Numbered from the stretch's first letter, positions 37,713 through 51,683 are shown. The stretch: DNA of 64,000 nucleotides from Macrostomum lignano (GCA_002269645.1 NIVC01002653.1:1-64000), one strand, 5' to 3'. Translations and numbers: made by a program. The notes: generated from the letters alone by a model not told the origin.

Positions 37713-40700
37713 TCACAGCTCGTCCTTGCGCTTCTTGGCCGCCTCAGGCTCGTACTTGGGCAGCAGCTCCTTGACCAGGCGGATGAACTCGGACTTCTCA
37801 GTGCAGCCGCGGCAAACTTCGCCCCAGTTTTCCAGAATCTTCTTCAACTCTTTCACTTTCAGCTTATCGAACTTGACGGTGCTGAAGTCCACGGATTTCT
37901 CTGTTAGGGAATGGAAGGTGTGCACTAGTTAGTGATAAGCAACTGCAGTGAGTGAGCGGTTCAGGGGGGGCCGTAGCCCAGTGACCAGTAGGGCGCTCTG
38001 ATGTGCTAGCGGCCCAGGCTCGATTCCAAGTGCAGTCACATCAATTTGGATGCTTGCTGTCTGAGGAATGCTTGCTATTTGAGGGATGCTTGCTATTTGA
38101 GGGATGCTTGCTATTTGAGGGATGCTTGCTATTTGAGGGATGCTTGCTATCTGGGGGTGCTTGCTATTTGAGGGATGCTTGCTATTTGAGGGATGCTTGC
38201 TATTTGAGGGATGCTTGCTATTTGAGGGATGCTTGCTATCTGGGGGTGCTTGCTATTTGAGGGATGCTTGCTATCTGGGGGTGCTTGCTATTTGAGGGAT
38301 GCTTGCTATCTGGGGGTGCTTGCTATGTGGGGGTGCTTGCTATCTGGGGGATGCTTGCTATTTGAGGGATGCTTGCTGTCTGGGGAATGCTTAGATGTCG
38401 CTTAAAGTGTACCAGGATGAGCAGTTAAACATCAATTAAGGAACGAATGGCTCACCGTATTTCAGATCGCAAATCTGCGAGTCCTTAGCTTTGAGCTTTT
38501 CGCACACTTTCTCGGCCGGCATGCCCCAGCTGACTGGCTTGGCCAACTCGTTTACAATGTATGTGGCCGAGGTTTTCAGGCCGCCGACGTAGTAGCACTG
38601 TGAGGATGAGAGATGAGGGAGAGATGCTGGTAGCCACGTAAACAGAAGATATGGTTTTACAAGAGCACACATCTTATTCTGCTACTTACAAAACGTTCAT
38701 CCTTGCCCTTAGCGGTCAGGCAGAACTTCTTAAAAGCGTCAGAGATCTTGTCCATGTTGCCTTTTGCGGCATCTTCGAGGCTGTTCTCGAAACGTCGAAC
38801 AAATTTCACGCAGACTGCGGATGGGAAAAATGGTAGCTTTTTTGATGCAAATGCCAATGAAAACGATTTTGAAAATAGTTCTTGATAGAAACTATTGTTT
38901 CCATGCCTTACATCGTTGAATAAAAGATTTTTTTACAACCACAAGAAAAGCAATTTTTAAAGTCCGAATCGACCACTTTAAAATTGTTTTTTCATTTTTT
39001 TACAAATAAACAATTAATTTTAAGACTTTTAGACCTCAAAAAGGCTTTTTTTGAATACTCACAAAGGAGAAAGTATTCTGTGTTTTACTGTTTATTTTAT
39101 TCAAAAAGATGAAGGATTTCTAAGGATTTTTAACTTTTTCTAAAACCACCTAAACTCTCAAAAATTCACACTAATTAAAAGTGCAAAGTTTTATAGCAAC
39201 ATTTCTCCCCAAACGTAAATATATCACCCATTTGCAAAAAAATCTTGAAGTTGTTTTCTTTAAATTCTTTTGTTTAAATATCAACTTGTAGAGTATTAGT
39301 GCATGTAATAGGTACCACAAAATGTGAACCTGGCATCCAAATCAAAGGCTTCCTGTATGCTTATTAAGCAACAAAGATCAATGAAATTACACATAAACAT
39401 GTATCATCATAGCATGTATGCAGTGAAAAAAATTTCTAAATTGCTTCAGTAGAAGCTGATTAAAATGCAATTTTCCAATCCTTTGGGAATTCTAATGTTA
39501 CCTGGCTTCTAAACCAAATGCTTCCTGCATGCATATTAAGTGACAAAGAACAGTGAAATTACACATTTACATGTATCATTTTGGCATGTATATATGAAAA
39601 AAAGAATTTTTTGAATTACTTCTGCAAAAGCTAAGTAAAATGTGGTTTTTGATCCTTATGGGAATTTGTATACATTTAATATTGAACTTACATTGAATAC
39701 AGCATTTATTGCAGGCAAACTCTATTCTCTACATATAAAAATCAAAACTCTGTCTGTGTGTCTGTGTGTGTGTCTGTCTGTGGACAATTTTGATCGCTAT
39801 GGACTCCCAAACCGCTCAACCAAATGACACCAAACTTTACACCCACCCTAAACTTACTACGGAGAATGTCTTAGGCTACCTTTAAATTTCCTAGACTCAA
39901 GTCTTCCTACCTAAAAGTACAAAAAACTGCTCAAAATACGCGATTTTTTCACTAAATCCTCCATAGCGCCGCTCCACTTCTACCGATTCTCTTCAAATTT
40001 GACACAGACAATCTTAAACTATTTTAGCACAATCGTGTAAAATTTCGAGTCTCAAAGTTAATCCTGAGCGGTGCTGTGCACTTTTAAAGTTAGGCTGCTT
40101 TTTTCAGCGTAGCAACCACCCCAACCTCCGCCCGCCTGCCTCTCTTTCCCGATTCCGATCTGGGCCCAGATGTGTAAAATGGGTTTCAAAATCGACTAAC
40201 TTTCAGCTGCCATAAGTTTGCTCCACGTGAAGCGATTGACTTTAAACTTGACACAATTCTTCATTGACTCATTCTCTATCTAAATGTAAAGTTTCAACTC
40301 TGTAACTCAACCGAAAAAGAAACTGTAAGCATGTGAAGTTTGTCTGCTTTTTCTGTTGTTTGTGCCACTCACTCACTCATTCCCCCAGAGCCAGACCAAC
40401 GGTCAGGCGATAGGGCTGAATGTACATGGCAATGTACAGTGTTTTGGAATAGCTTTGTTTATGGCCTTCTCTGCACCCCCGTGGAGAGGCTACGTTTAGC
40501 CATCCATAACAGTTTAGTGAGAAATTCTAACCACTGTCCTCTTAGGCAAACTCTGCAGCAGTTTAACAGTAGATGGCAAATCAAGGTAATTCAGCATGGT
40601 TTGTAAAAGCGAAAGATTTATGAAAAAGCGATGCAATGCAATACAACCCTACTAAAAAAATTAGTCACACCATGAAAATTTAAGTAAAAAGTACTTTAAA

Positions 40701-41798
40701 AGTACTTTCTCTTAAAAGTACTTTAAATTTTAAATGTCCTCCTAAGAAATTCGTATTTCCTTGGTTGTTAGACTGATGCAGACTGCAGTAGAGCTGAAAA
40801 TACACAAATTCCTTTCAGGACTGCAAATTGGTCAAAGCATGAGAACAGCCATGAGAGTACTACGTCCCACAAACTTTCTTTCCAAGCAGGAATGGGCAGA
40901 TTTTTACTTCAAAAGCCAGATAAAGAATCCAGCTTATGTGCGGGCCAGATGAGAGTGGAAAGGAGAGGGAATAGACTATTAGAAGAGAGGAGAGGCGAGA
41001 GGGGGGTATGAGAAAACATGGAATATAAGAGAGACAAGTGGTGAGGAGAGAGCAGAGAAGAAGGGAGGAAGAATCGAGAGAAGGGCAGAAAGGAGGGAGA
41101 GGAAAGAGTAAAGGTGAGAAGAAGGGAGAGATGAGACAGAGAATTGATGAGAGGAGAGTAGAGAAGAGTGAGAAGAGAGTAGAGATGAGAGAGGCGAGAG
41201 CAGAAAGAAGATGACAGAGGGTCAAGAGGAGAGGAGAGATTAGAGAGGAGAGAGTAGAAAGGATAGAGAAGAGAGGAGATAAGATGGGGAGAGAGGAGTG
41301 AGAAGAGAAGAGATAGAGATAAGAGAGGGGTGTAAGAAGAGGGGAGAAAGGAGAGATGAGAGAGTAAAGGGAAGAGGAGAGAGGAAAGAGATGAGACTGT
41401 AGAGATGAGACAGATAAAAGGAGAGATGAGAGAGTAAAGATGAGAGATGAAAAAGGTGGGAGGAGAGTGCAGAGAGACAAGAGAACATAATAGAGGAGAG
41501 AGAGTATAGAAGAGGGAAGAGAAAAGAAGAGAGGAGAAAGAAAAGAGAGGAGTCAAAAGAGGTGAAAGAGAAGAGTACAGAGGAGATAAGTGAGAGAACG
41601 TATAAGAGAGTAAAGATGACAGATGAGAGAGCAGATGAACAGACGAGAGATGGGAGAGTAGAGAGAACAGAGGAGAGATAAGAGAGAATAGATTACAGAG
41701 ACTAGAGGAGAGAGGAGAGATAGGGAGAGAGAAGAGGAAATAGGAGAATGAAGAGGGGAGAGAGTAGAGAGGAGAAGAGAGATGGGAGAGGAGAGATA

Positions 41799-41871
<73 letters not shown>

Positions 41872-44800
41872 GAGAGAGAGAGAGAGAGAGAGAGAGCGCA
41901 GAGCAGAGAGAAACGAGAAGAGATAAGAGAAAAGATAAAAGAAGAGAAAGGAGATATGAAAGAGCAGACGAGAGAAGAGAGGTGAGGGAAGAGACGAGCG
42001 ACGAGGGGAGAGAGAAGAGATAAAACAATAAAAGAGATGAAAGAAAAGAGAGAGAGGAAAGGGGAGAGAGGAGAGAGGAAAGAGTAGAGATGAGAGATGA
42101 GAGAGTAGAGGAGAGAGTTAAGAGATGAGAGAAAAGAATAGAGAGAAGGAAGAGACGAGAGAAGAGGGGGAGAGAGGAGAGAGGAGAGGAGAGAGAAAAC
42201 GAAAAAGTAGAGAGGAGAAAGGAGAGGAGAGAGAAAAGAAGAGGGAAGAGATGAGATAAGAGATATGAAAGAGAAGAAAGATGAGGGAGGATACGAAAGA
42301 AGATGGGAGAGAGGAGAGAGGAGAGGAGAGAGAAAACGAAATAATAGAGAGGAGAGCAGAGAGAAAACGAAAAGTAGAAAGGAGAGAGGAGAGGAGAGAG
42401 AAAAGAATAGGGAAGAGATGAGGGAAGATACGAGAGAAGAGAGAAGAGAGGAGAGAAGAGAGAGGAGAGAGGAGAGACGAGGGACGGGAGAGAAGAAAAA
42501 AAACAGAAGAGACGATAGAAATTTTAAAGGATCCAAGGGACATAGGGAGAGTCAGGGAGAGACCAGAGTTTGCCAATACATGTTTTAGAGTCAGACAGAC
42601 ATTGCCTGGCATTCTGCGGAGCACCCCAGCCAACAATATCAAAGTTTGCCTCAAACCCTAATTTTACACGAATGTGCTCCATTTTGTGTCTACCTCTATC
42701 CTACTAACTATTAATTTATTTGTGTATGGCCTAAGATTTCAGAATACATTCAAAAGTAGTTCCGGGGATTGGAATTCCCCGGGTTCAAATTCCGCGGGTT
42801 TCAACAGCTTGTAAAGTATATGTTGTCAATGGTAACAAAGTGATAAACAAATAAACCTTTGAAACAAATGTTGAAAAATGTTGTAGCATTATAGAATTTG
42901 CTAATATATGACACCTAAAGTTAATAAAAATATTATGAGAGCTTTTCTACTATTTTTATTTATTATAGTCATTTTAGTCATAATTGTATTTAACATTTAA
43001 ACAAATAATTTTATTAAAGACAAGGCTATACATATGGATACTTTGTGCTTTTATAGATGTTTTTAATGCTTTTTAAACTGAAATTAATTAATTTTATAGC
43101 TTTATTGCTTTTGTATCACCAAATAATAGTAAATTATTTTAATATTCATAATAATAATAAATAGATTCATAGTAAAATGCACATAATATTTATTATATGC
43201 ATTTCATTATGAATTATATAAAGATAAACATAACAAACAATTAGCTTAGATATATAAATATCCTATTATCAGCTTATCTAGGGTCAAGATTGTGTACCAG
43301 TGTATGCCAGAACAAAAATTGCTTCCCTAGCTTATGCCTATTACTGGAAGATGTAGTGTATGCCAGAACTTTCTAGTAATCAGCATTGGCATTAGTGATA
43401 AATCAAATTTCGATTTTTATTTCGATATTCTGAATTTTGAAACTAATTTTGCATTGAAATAATTTTGATTTCAATTTTGAATTTCGACACCATTCATTGA
43501 AAATCATTTTGAAATTTTGGTTATATTAGACATTGATGATCATGCTACATGAGTAAGAAAATCTATAGGAAGTGAAAGGAAGCGCAGTTCAAAGACTCAG
43601 TAGGGAGGTGAGAATTGCCTTTTCTACAAGAAAAGATTGTGCGGGGCACACACTGTTCCAGGCCTTGTGCTGGACCCACCTCAACCTCCACAAGCCCACT
43701 GGCTGAACTCATTAGCATGGATTTTAATTGGCTAAAGACTTAAAGCCTTAATGAAATGGATATAGGCTACTTGTATCTAGATCTTCAGCTTAAATAACGG
43801 TGAAGTATAATACATAATACACCAGCATTTTCTATTTTGTATTTTTAAAGTAAATTAAATCTTAAGTATTCTGGTTTAAAGATATCAAAGATACTTTTTA
43901 TAAAACATGTAAGCTCATACATGCAGAGGCAAAGTGTTAACCTTTTTGCATGATTAGCGAAAAAGTAACAATTTGTTAAGCTCAAAAAATTTAGATTTTG
44001 ATTTTGATTTCAATTTGAAAAATAATTTTGATCCATCACTAATTGGCATGCATTGGTTCAAAGCATTCTGGTATGCACTCAGCATGATTTAGACGATGAA
44101 GCTCATGTACATCAATGTATGCCAATAGACTTATTGCACACAAAAATATGCCAAAACAAAAATAAAAAATTATGAACGAGATTTTGGGCTCACAAATTCC
44201 AATATTTAAAAAAATTATTAATAAAAATTAGTTATTTTTTACTACACTGTAAATAACTAGTTTATTTCAACTATTTTTGTTTTACTTTTAACTTCTTAAA
44301 AAAATTGAACACAATTTTTATAAATTTAGTTTTCTGTTAATTTTTGGAAGGGCCAGGAACTGTTCTTTTTGGATAGAAATTTATCTACTTAATGTATATG
44401 AAGACTATGCCAAAATTGAACTCAACCATCTTTGTACACTAACTGTATACATTTTAACATTGGGCTATCCTGCAGAATCATTTGATAAATTATTTTCTTA
44501 ATGGGAATAACTTGCATCTTAACTCTTAAGTTTAGAACAATGTAAGAAAGTAACATTGAAACAACAAAATAGAAACTAGACACCAAGTTAGTTTGTTATA
44601 GTCACATCTTCATGTACTTCATGCATTCAGAGTGGGTAATAGTGGACAACCCAATACAAAAAGTTGCCGAATGTGTTCTGCATGTTGGCCATGAGGCTCT
44701 TTATATTGCTTGTTCTGGTTCTAGAACCAGAACCAATTTGTAAAGTATAACTTTTTGTCTCCTTAACTAGAGGGATATACTTGCTATAAACTCTTAATTA

Positions 44801-46780
44801 TTGAATGAAAATCGCAAGAAAGTAAAAAATTGTGCAAAGTAAGGCTATTAAGGCAGTCAAATATTAAAAGAGTTAAATAGTTATATTGCTATTTTTCTTG
44901 GAAGATCCAAACCAATTCGGGTTTTGGAATTAGTAATGTGAAGAGGCTTCATCATTGTAGCAACACTGCAAAGTGTCAGTACTATATTCATGAGTTAGGC
45001 AAATGTCTTGAGGTGGCATGATCCATGTTGGGGCAGAAATTTGTCCAGCCATTTTGAAGTGAAGAACACTTGAATCCTAGAATTCTCAGCTTAGCAGCTA
45101 ACATTTCTAACCCTATAAGCCTATCTATTTTTAAATGCATAAAGTTGATACCACACTCTGGATCATATAGTATACACCCGAAAATTTGGGCATGCATTGG
45201 CCTTGCAGGCCAAAATTAGGTGTTTGCAGTTAGCGTGCATCACTCCTGAGAAAATAGTATGTGTGCACACCTGGCATGCACTTTATAGAATCATGTGTAA
45301 GACTAAGAGTTATTGTGAAATAGAAAAAAGATGAAAAAAGTTCATTTTTAAGCACAAATTTCAAGCTTTCCGTTTTTTTCAAGCTTGTAAAAGAGCATTT
45401 AAACAAAGTTTTTTGTGTATAATTTTTTGCTATAAATAGTATTGCCTAAAAGCATAAAAAGCAACCAAATTATCTGGTAATAAGGGTCTATTATCATATA
45501 TGCGCAACCTTGGGAATCACCCGGCCATTTCTATTGGCAACACAGACATGTAAGTTGCTATTGGCTGAGAGCAGTCACGTGATTAATATTCTGTCCAATA
45601 GCAACTTACATATATGTGTTGCCAATAGAAACGGCCGGGTGAATCCCTAGTTTGTGCTCAAGCATGTCTATTATGCAATTAAAAAAGGTATTTTATTGTC
45701 ACAACATAAAAAAGGTCATTTATTGTTGCAACACCAGCATGCCATATTTTAGAGTATGGGTATACACTAAATTTTTTTGGTGTGCATTTACAATTATTCA
45801 ATTTTTGTTTGGACATCTACCCAGCATGATCTGGACTATGGAGTTGATGCAATGATTTTGGCAATAAACATATTTTTTCAAACCATAGTTCAAGCCATGC
45901 CACATTACTTTATTATTAATGGCACATCAACAGATAATAATTTTTGGAATTATAGATATGACTGTGTGAATTCAAATGCATGTTTGCATTAATTTTGCCT
46001 AGTATTTTTTGTACTAGGTTGTCCACTATTATCCATTCTGAGAGCGTGAGATATATGAAGATGTGTCTATAACAAACTAACTTGGTGTCTAATTCTCTGT
46101 ATGCCAAGCTGTATACCAAGGGGTATGCTAGGCCCTTCTGTGTGTCAATTTGTATACTAATGGTGTATATTAAATCCTTTTATATGCCAAAAAATGCTAG
46201 TGTACATATATACTATCTAAAGTCTGGTAGCTTATTAATATCTTTATAATTATACCTATTCTAGTGTTCTATTGAAATTATGGCTATAGCTATCAAACCA
46301 AATATATTAGGCCTAGCCTAGGTCTAACTAGGCCTATGGATATAATAAAGTGTCTAAAACAACTATACCAATAGAAAAATAGAAAAAACTTCCCTAATAA
46401 CTCAAACAATTAAAATATGATATGCTAGTTTGCTTTCATAGTTTTTAATTCGAATTATTAAAAAAGTAAAATATTTTTTTTATAAAATTAACTTAAATAA
46501 ATGTCATTAGGGGCCTAATACATTAGGCCAGGCCCTATACATAATGCAATGTCAAGCTCAAGGTCAGCAAACAGCGATTATAGAAAAGTTGTTAAAAGTA
46601 TTTTAAAGTTAAATTGAACTAAAACTTGAATTTACACCTGCAAATTATATAAAATCTACAATCAAAGCAACACGCCACAAGGAATGTGGAGTCTGCCTCA
46701 CCTTCGCATGTCTCATCATTAACCTTCGCGCCAAATGTGTATGTAAAACACAAGAAAAAGGTAACCAAAAATAGACGCAT
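37713..46780 (-). CDS. MANF: Mesencephalic astrocyte-derived neurotrophic factor (MANF/ARMET/CDNF family), 4 coding exons
   Basis: Exons 46780-46702 (signal peptide...DETCE), 38814-38690 (VCVKFV...KDERF), 38597-38456 (CYYVGG...[18 protein letters not shown]), 37900-37713 ([25 protein letters not shown]...KDEL*); CXXC and KDEL present, phases match. Confidence 0.95.
37964..38422 (+). mobile_element. tRNA-derived SINE copy 1, body occupied by an 18-bp minisatellite (GAGGGATGCTTGCTATTT, ~38050-38390)
   Basis: Head CCGTAGCCCAGTG (A-box-like)...GGCCCAGGCTCGATTCCAAGTGCAGTCA (B-box-like) and tail ATGTCGCTTAAAGTG..CCAGGATG shared with the copy at 51228. Confidence 0.75.
39721..40420 (+). mobile_element. 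Non-autonomous Helitron-like element
   Basis: 5' TCTACATATAAAAATC followed by a TCTG/TG microsatellite and AAACCGCTCAACCAAATGACACCAAACTT, like known insect non-autonomous Helitron heads; 3' hairpin CCAGACC-AAC-GGTCAGG followed by CTGA. Confidence 0.5.
40950..42545. repeat. ~1.6-kb A/G low-complexity tract including a perfect (GA)n core at ~41810-41895
   Basis: Direct; MANF intron 1. Confidence 0.95.
45502..45657. mobile_element. Palindromic MITE-like element (~60-bp arms) with CCAAT boxes and a central CACGTG
   Basis: GGGAATCACCCGGCCATTTCTATTGGCAACACA...TGTGTTGCCAATAGAAACGGCCGGGTGAATCCC; no clear TSD. Confidence 0.65.
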
Positions 46781-46869
46781 GATGCTTAAGAGCAGAATCT
46801 GTAGGAGTCAGAAGACTTGTGTATAACTATATAAATAAATCAGTAATTTGACAGCGTTGTGATGCAGTA

Positions 46870-46960
46870 GTGCCAATGTCTGAGTACGAGTCTATATGGT
46901 CAACGTATGTTCTGACGTTGTGAAATTCAAATTATGCCTGTGACGTGTGTGTACGTGATA
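46870..46960 (-). promoter_or_regulatory. Candidate MANF promoter: CCAAT plus four ACGT cores including TGACGTG (UPRE-like)
   Basis: CCAAT at 46873; ACGT cores in blocks at 46901, 46911, 46941, 46951, 120-175 nt upstream of the ATG. Confidence 0.4.
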
Positions 46961-48382
46961 TATTTTTAACAAATATAAAATAATTAAAAAAAATATTTAA
47001 TTTTATATTAATTACAGCAGGTAAAAATACCTTTTAAATATACATAATATAAATTACGAGCTAATAGCTGACTTTTAAAATAGTGTTTATGAGTGCGTTT
47101 ACGTTTGCTTTATAGACTTGCTAAGTGCTCGAATTGAAAATACACGCTTTTAAAACGTAACTAAGAGCCGAAATTGCAGTCAAATGAATGTTTCTTATCA
47201 AAAAAGATTGGAAGGTAAAACACACCTAGAATAAATTCATATATCAGCAGCAGCGTATGCCCTAATTTTTTACGGTAATTAAAGAACCATACAATTTTCG
47301 TGCAAACTGAGCCCCAAAAACTTTGCGAAGTTACGATACATAAAGTTATCAAGGACCACTGTATATAACAGTTGTATGCACTGGCCCTTGAAAGTTAGTG
47401 CTATCAGCTACTACCTAGCAAAAATGTTCAAGGGGTCCAGCTAGTGAAGTCAGATGGGGACAGGCTCTTGCATGATAGGTGCCATATGTAACAAACGTTA
47501 GAATGTAGCTGCAAGTTGAACAAGCCGACCTGTGTAAAGCATGCTGATAACCAAGCCAGGTACGTGTCATGCAAGGACTACTTCATTTAAGATGGCGGGA
47601 AACTGGAAAATTTTAGGAGGCTGCCAGGTCTACCGAAAAATGCATGCAATTTATGGAAAATGGACGTTTTATTGTAGCACAAAAATTATTATTGCTGTTG
47701 ATAGGAGGCAGACCCGTGCAACGTTCATCGTGATATGTCTTGCCTCTCTTATAGTTCTATTGATATATACTTAATGTACATATACATGTTACTTTGATTA
47801 GAAAATTAGGATTCTATACATGCAACTGTTAATTTAATTTTATATCCAACGTACATACTATACTGCATGTGCTAAGCCTAGAAACCATAGAAATGGCGCG
47901 CCCAGCTCGACTCATAGGTTTTATGAATCTATATTTTATCATTCTGTTATTTCGTTACACAGCTTTAGCTAGTTCTTGGCAAATTTGAATGGCATGATTG
48001 TGTTGAAAAGCCCAGAATTAGGCATGCACGAGTTAGACGGATAGTAAGCAATGAGAGCTTGGAATTTGCAGCCTCTTTCAACAGCTATTACTACGAGTAT
48101 ATCCTTCAATTCTATACTAACTGAAGATAAACAATCTACATATGTAAGGTTTCGGTGTGGCTATAGCTGATATAAGGTATTGTAAATATTTTGAAAGCGA
48201 ATATGCTAAATTCAACCAAAAGACGACAGCTCTCAGTGCATAAAATTGTGGCTTTTTATCATTCATCACAAAATTGTGCTAACAGAAGTTAATAAAGTTG
48301 GTATAAGCTGTGTCGGTCTGTGACCAAAATGTGCGGCGTTCTTTCAAAATTTTTTTAGAAACGATCCAAAGAAGCTGATCAA

Positions 48383-51300
48383 ATGCAAAAAGTACATGAT
48401 GTGCTCGCCTACCTTACTCTGCTGCTGCTTTCAGTAACCTCAGATGGAGCATCCGCCTACTACTGTGGGTGATCAATCAGCTTACCTTTTAATTACACTC
48501 AAATAATGAAAATGTCCCGCATATTTTATAATATTCAACAGGTGAACTGCCAATTCGAAGGAGTCGCGTATTGAACTCTTGGCAGTCTTCATTTGCTGCG
48601 ACTCAAACTTGTTTCTACGACAAACAAAAATATGATGAATTGTATCTCGATACCAAATTAATGGCCGAAACGTTTTTCAAAAGCAGCCAAATTACGGATG
48701 AGGTGAACGATGGGTTTCACTGGTTTGCAGTGCAGCTGAATGAGACAGTGCTCATCAGATCTGTGACTGTGACCGGCAGAGCGGGTGAGTGACTGCTGTG
48801 CAAGGACCGCTAGGAACACTTCTTTATAGAAGGACATTTACGAGCGCGTGCACTCTCGATTCGTGTAAAAATAGTTGAATTGAAGACCAATTTTCGTTGG
48901 ACCATATACAATAGCGAGATTAGATAAATTTCATGATTTTAAACATACCACTGACGTATGTGCTGTTTGCAGTAGCTACCAGAGAATATTGAGTATTCTC
49001 TGAGTATTGGGTATGAGTACTCAATATTGTCTGGTAGCTACTTGGTTCAGAAACATTTACGAGTAGCTCTATTTTTTATAATATTTTGTGGTTTAGTATC
49101 ATTAGCTTATTACATTTTTTACAACCGTAACAAAAATTTGCGTCAAAGATTTTCGGCTACTTCATTGTTTCCTAAACTTGAAGACTTGAATGCAAAACTA
49201 CATCTAGTTGGAAATTAATAAATTCATAACTTGCTTGGTAGGGGACAAAAATCTGAACAATCGGACGAAAAAATTAACCTTCTATATGCAATCGATTCAG
49301 AGATACAGACATTTTAATAACCGGCCTTCAACTATTTTCCACGATTTGCAAGTGTTGCGTCCTTCTATTCTAGTAGTCCTTGCTGTTGTGTCACCAAATT
49401 TGGCGTCAATTAAGTCCAAATCATTTAAAAAACTAATGCTTTTAGGAAGCAGTAACATTGAGATCTTTACATCTAGTAGTAATCAGCAGATGTTCTCAGG
49501 GCATCACTGCAACTCCAGGAGCATAAGCAGGCAGTTCAGAGCAACACGGCGGCACTGGAGACTGTGCGGTGTCACAGGCAGTGAGCTGAGGGACGCTAGG
49601 GTCCCTATGGTATCCGCGCTGGACTGCACCACAGAGGTGAGCAAGTTTTATTTAAGCTTTTAATAAATTCTACGTAATATTGCTAAGTCCTTATTTGATG
49701 GCCCACTGCAACCAAACTCTATTTTAGGTTCGATTCCTGTTGCTAAGAAAAAACGTGACATTTGCCTGTAATAGAAGCCTACAGTGCGAAGCCATGAGCT
49801 TTGCTGATCTTCGACTTCGGACTCCAGCGCTACTCAGTACGCAATGCCTTATCCCTTACTCTTCATCGCTTCATATTTAAGTTTATAACCACTCGAGTCG
49901 TTGCTCCATCATGTATTTAAGAGCCATCTGATGATCAAATCGTGGCGAAGAACTCCAAATTCTCAGTGAGCTGTTCGTTGCGATGCGCCAGCTTGGCGAT
50001 GAGCACTGATTTCAGCGGGCTGAAGCTCTGCTTGCCAAATGGTGGCTGCACATCTGACCACGAGGTTCAAATTGACAAGGCAAAATCCTGGCATTCTGGA
50101 AATTACACGTGCCATTTAGACTCTTTAACAAAGTCAACATCAGTGCAAGTGACGAGTGAGTTGCAACTATTTTGTTATTTACGAATTTTAAACAGTTTAA
50201 AGCTGACTAGAAACTGCCTACAGTAAGAATTAAGATTTTCCGCACTCCGTTTCCCTTACAGACCCTCCATCAAGCGTGTCAGTGGCGGTACTGAACCTCG
50301 TTTGCCGAAAGCGCCTAGTAGATGCGACAGTGCAGTTTACATCTTCCTCTTCTTGGCCGTTGCCTGAGCACAGATGCAGCGTTGCAGCTGAATGGACTCG
50401 GGTACAAAATCTCACCCACCTTCTCACGGTGAGTCTTTCAGAATCTGGAGGGGGCATCGCAGTAATTTTTATTCGAGGAAAATTAATTCGTCTTGTCATT
50501 TAGCAGTTGGACTGATACTAGAATAAATGTGTCAGTTCCCCTTGACCGATTCTAGGATTTCCGTCCACTTCTTAGCCATAGACATAGACTGACCAACAAT
50601 CGGAAACAATCATTTTACTCGCGCGACATCTGTCTTGGCCATAGACATCAGAGCGCTAAACACATGCCCGTGGTCATAGATATAAAAGGGAGCAATAATC
50701 ATTTATTGTCCTTTAATAAATATGTCCTTTTTGTACTGAGTGCACAGTCATCGAAAATCCCAGACTCACTGGCTAATTGTAGCGGCCTTGCAGAAATCGA
50801 TCGATGACGGCAGAACTGTCAGCCAATGGCGGCTCGTCACTGAGCTGATAGGCAGTCCTCCTAAAGTCACCTGCAGTGCAGTGCAGATTCTGCCAAATGG
50901 CATGGCGTTTGAACGAATCTGCAGCAACTCAGCTCTGATTAGTTGTCCAACTGATGATCTCAAGTCCTTGACAAGTAATTGCGCCATCTTTGCAGCAGTT
51001 TTTAGCGTTGCCGGGTTCGTATTGGGCTGCATCCTCTGCGGCATCCTCTGGGCACTGAGCCACGTAAGCGTTCTTTACACTGTTGCTCATCCCAATCACA
51101 TGGATACTGCAGGAACACATGTTTAAAAGAGGTTTTTAGTATAAGTATCTATGCTCTAGCCCTAGAACAGTGGATTAGGGCACTAAGAGCCAAGTTAAGC
51201 AGAGTCTGCGTCGTCACTCCCCGATTAGGGGGCCGTAGCCCATGGTGGTCCAGAGCGGCGCACTGCTGTGCCAGCGGCCCAGGCTCGATTCCAAGTGCAG

Positions 51301-51683
51301 TCAAATTGATTTGGGACTGAATTGGAATCTCGACGTGGCTCTATCTCCCGAGGCACAGTGAATTGTGATACATGTCTAACGATAAATAAAGTTAGGGCCG
51401 CTGTACACTCCTGTGTGAGTGTGTGCCTGTGCGTATGACTGCGTACGTATCCGCATGCCTCGCCGCTTGTGCGACAATGTCGCTTAAAGTGCGCCAGGAT
51501 GCACACAGCCCCCTGTTTCTAACTAACCAATTATTTTAGGGGTCCGGCTCCAGGCACTGCCAATGTTTCCATGCAGTTGAATACCGGAAGAGGAGCAGCA
51601 GACGAGTGGCTCACTTTCAGGTGGGCCAAGGCAGAGGTTCAGCGGACGATGAAGGACGTATCCAGACTAGCCACAGAGCGTGA
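48383..51683 (+). CDS. Type I membrane protein: signal peptide + F-type-lectin (FTP/discoidin)-like domain + 2 Ig-like domains + TM + short basic cytoplasmic tail
   Basis: Exons 48383-48464, 48542-48784 (NSWQSS...FHWFAVQLNETVLIRSVTVTGR), 49446-49636, 49785-49836, 49922-50155 (WHSGNYTC), 50262-50428, 50794-51063 (TM AIFAAVFSVAGFVLGCILCGILWAL), 51540-51683 (RKRSSRR); all phases compatible. Confidence 0.72.
48971..49042. repeat. 72-bp imperfect palindrome (small foldback element)
   Basis: AGTAGCTACCAGAGAATATTGAGTA...TACTCAATATTGTCTGGTAGCTACT. Confidence 0.75.
51228..51504 (+). mobile_element. tRNA-derived SINE copy 2 (non-repetitive body)
   Basis: Same head (GCCGTAGCCCA...GCGGCCCAGGCTCGATTCCAAGTGCAGTCA) and tail (ATGTCGCTTAAAGTGCGCCAGGATG) as the copy at 37964. 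Confidence 0.75.

Noticed and set aside
37964-38040. tRNA gene (A/B-box-like motifs; also 51228 and ~14060)
   Set aside because: No cloverleaf or anticodon arm, and followed by shared SINE tails
44663-44743. Peptide [19 protein letters not shown] resembling Helitron/PIF1 helicase motif VI
   Set aside because: Single weak motif in AT-rich DNA; the neighbouring QFP/KSQG motifs were not found; needs a tBLASTx or HMM search
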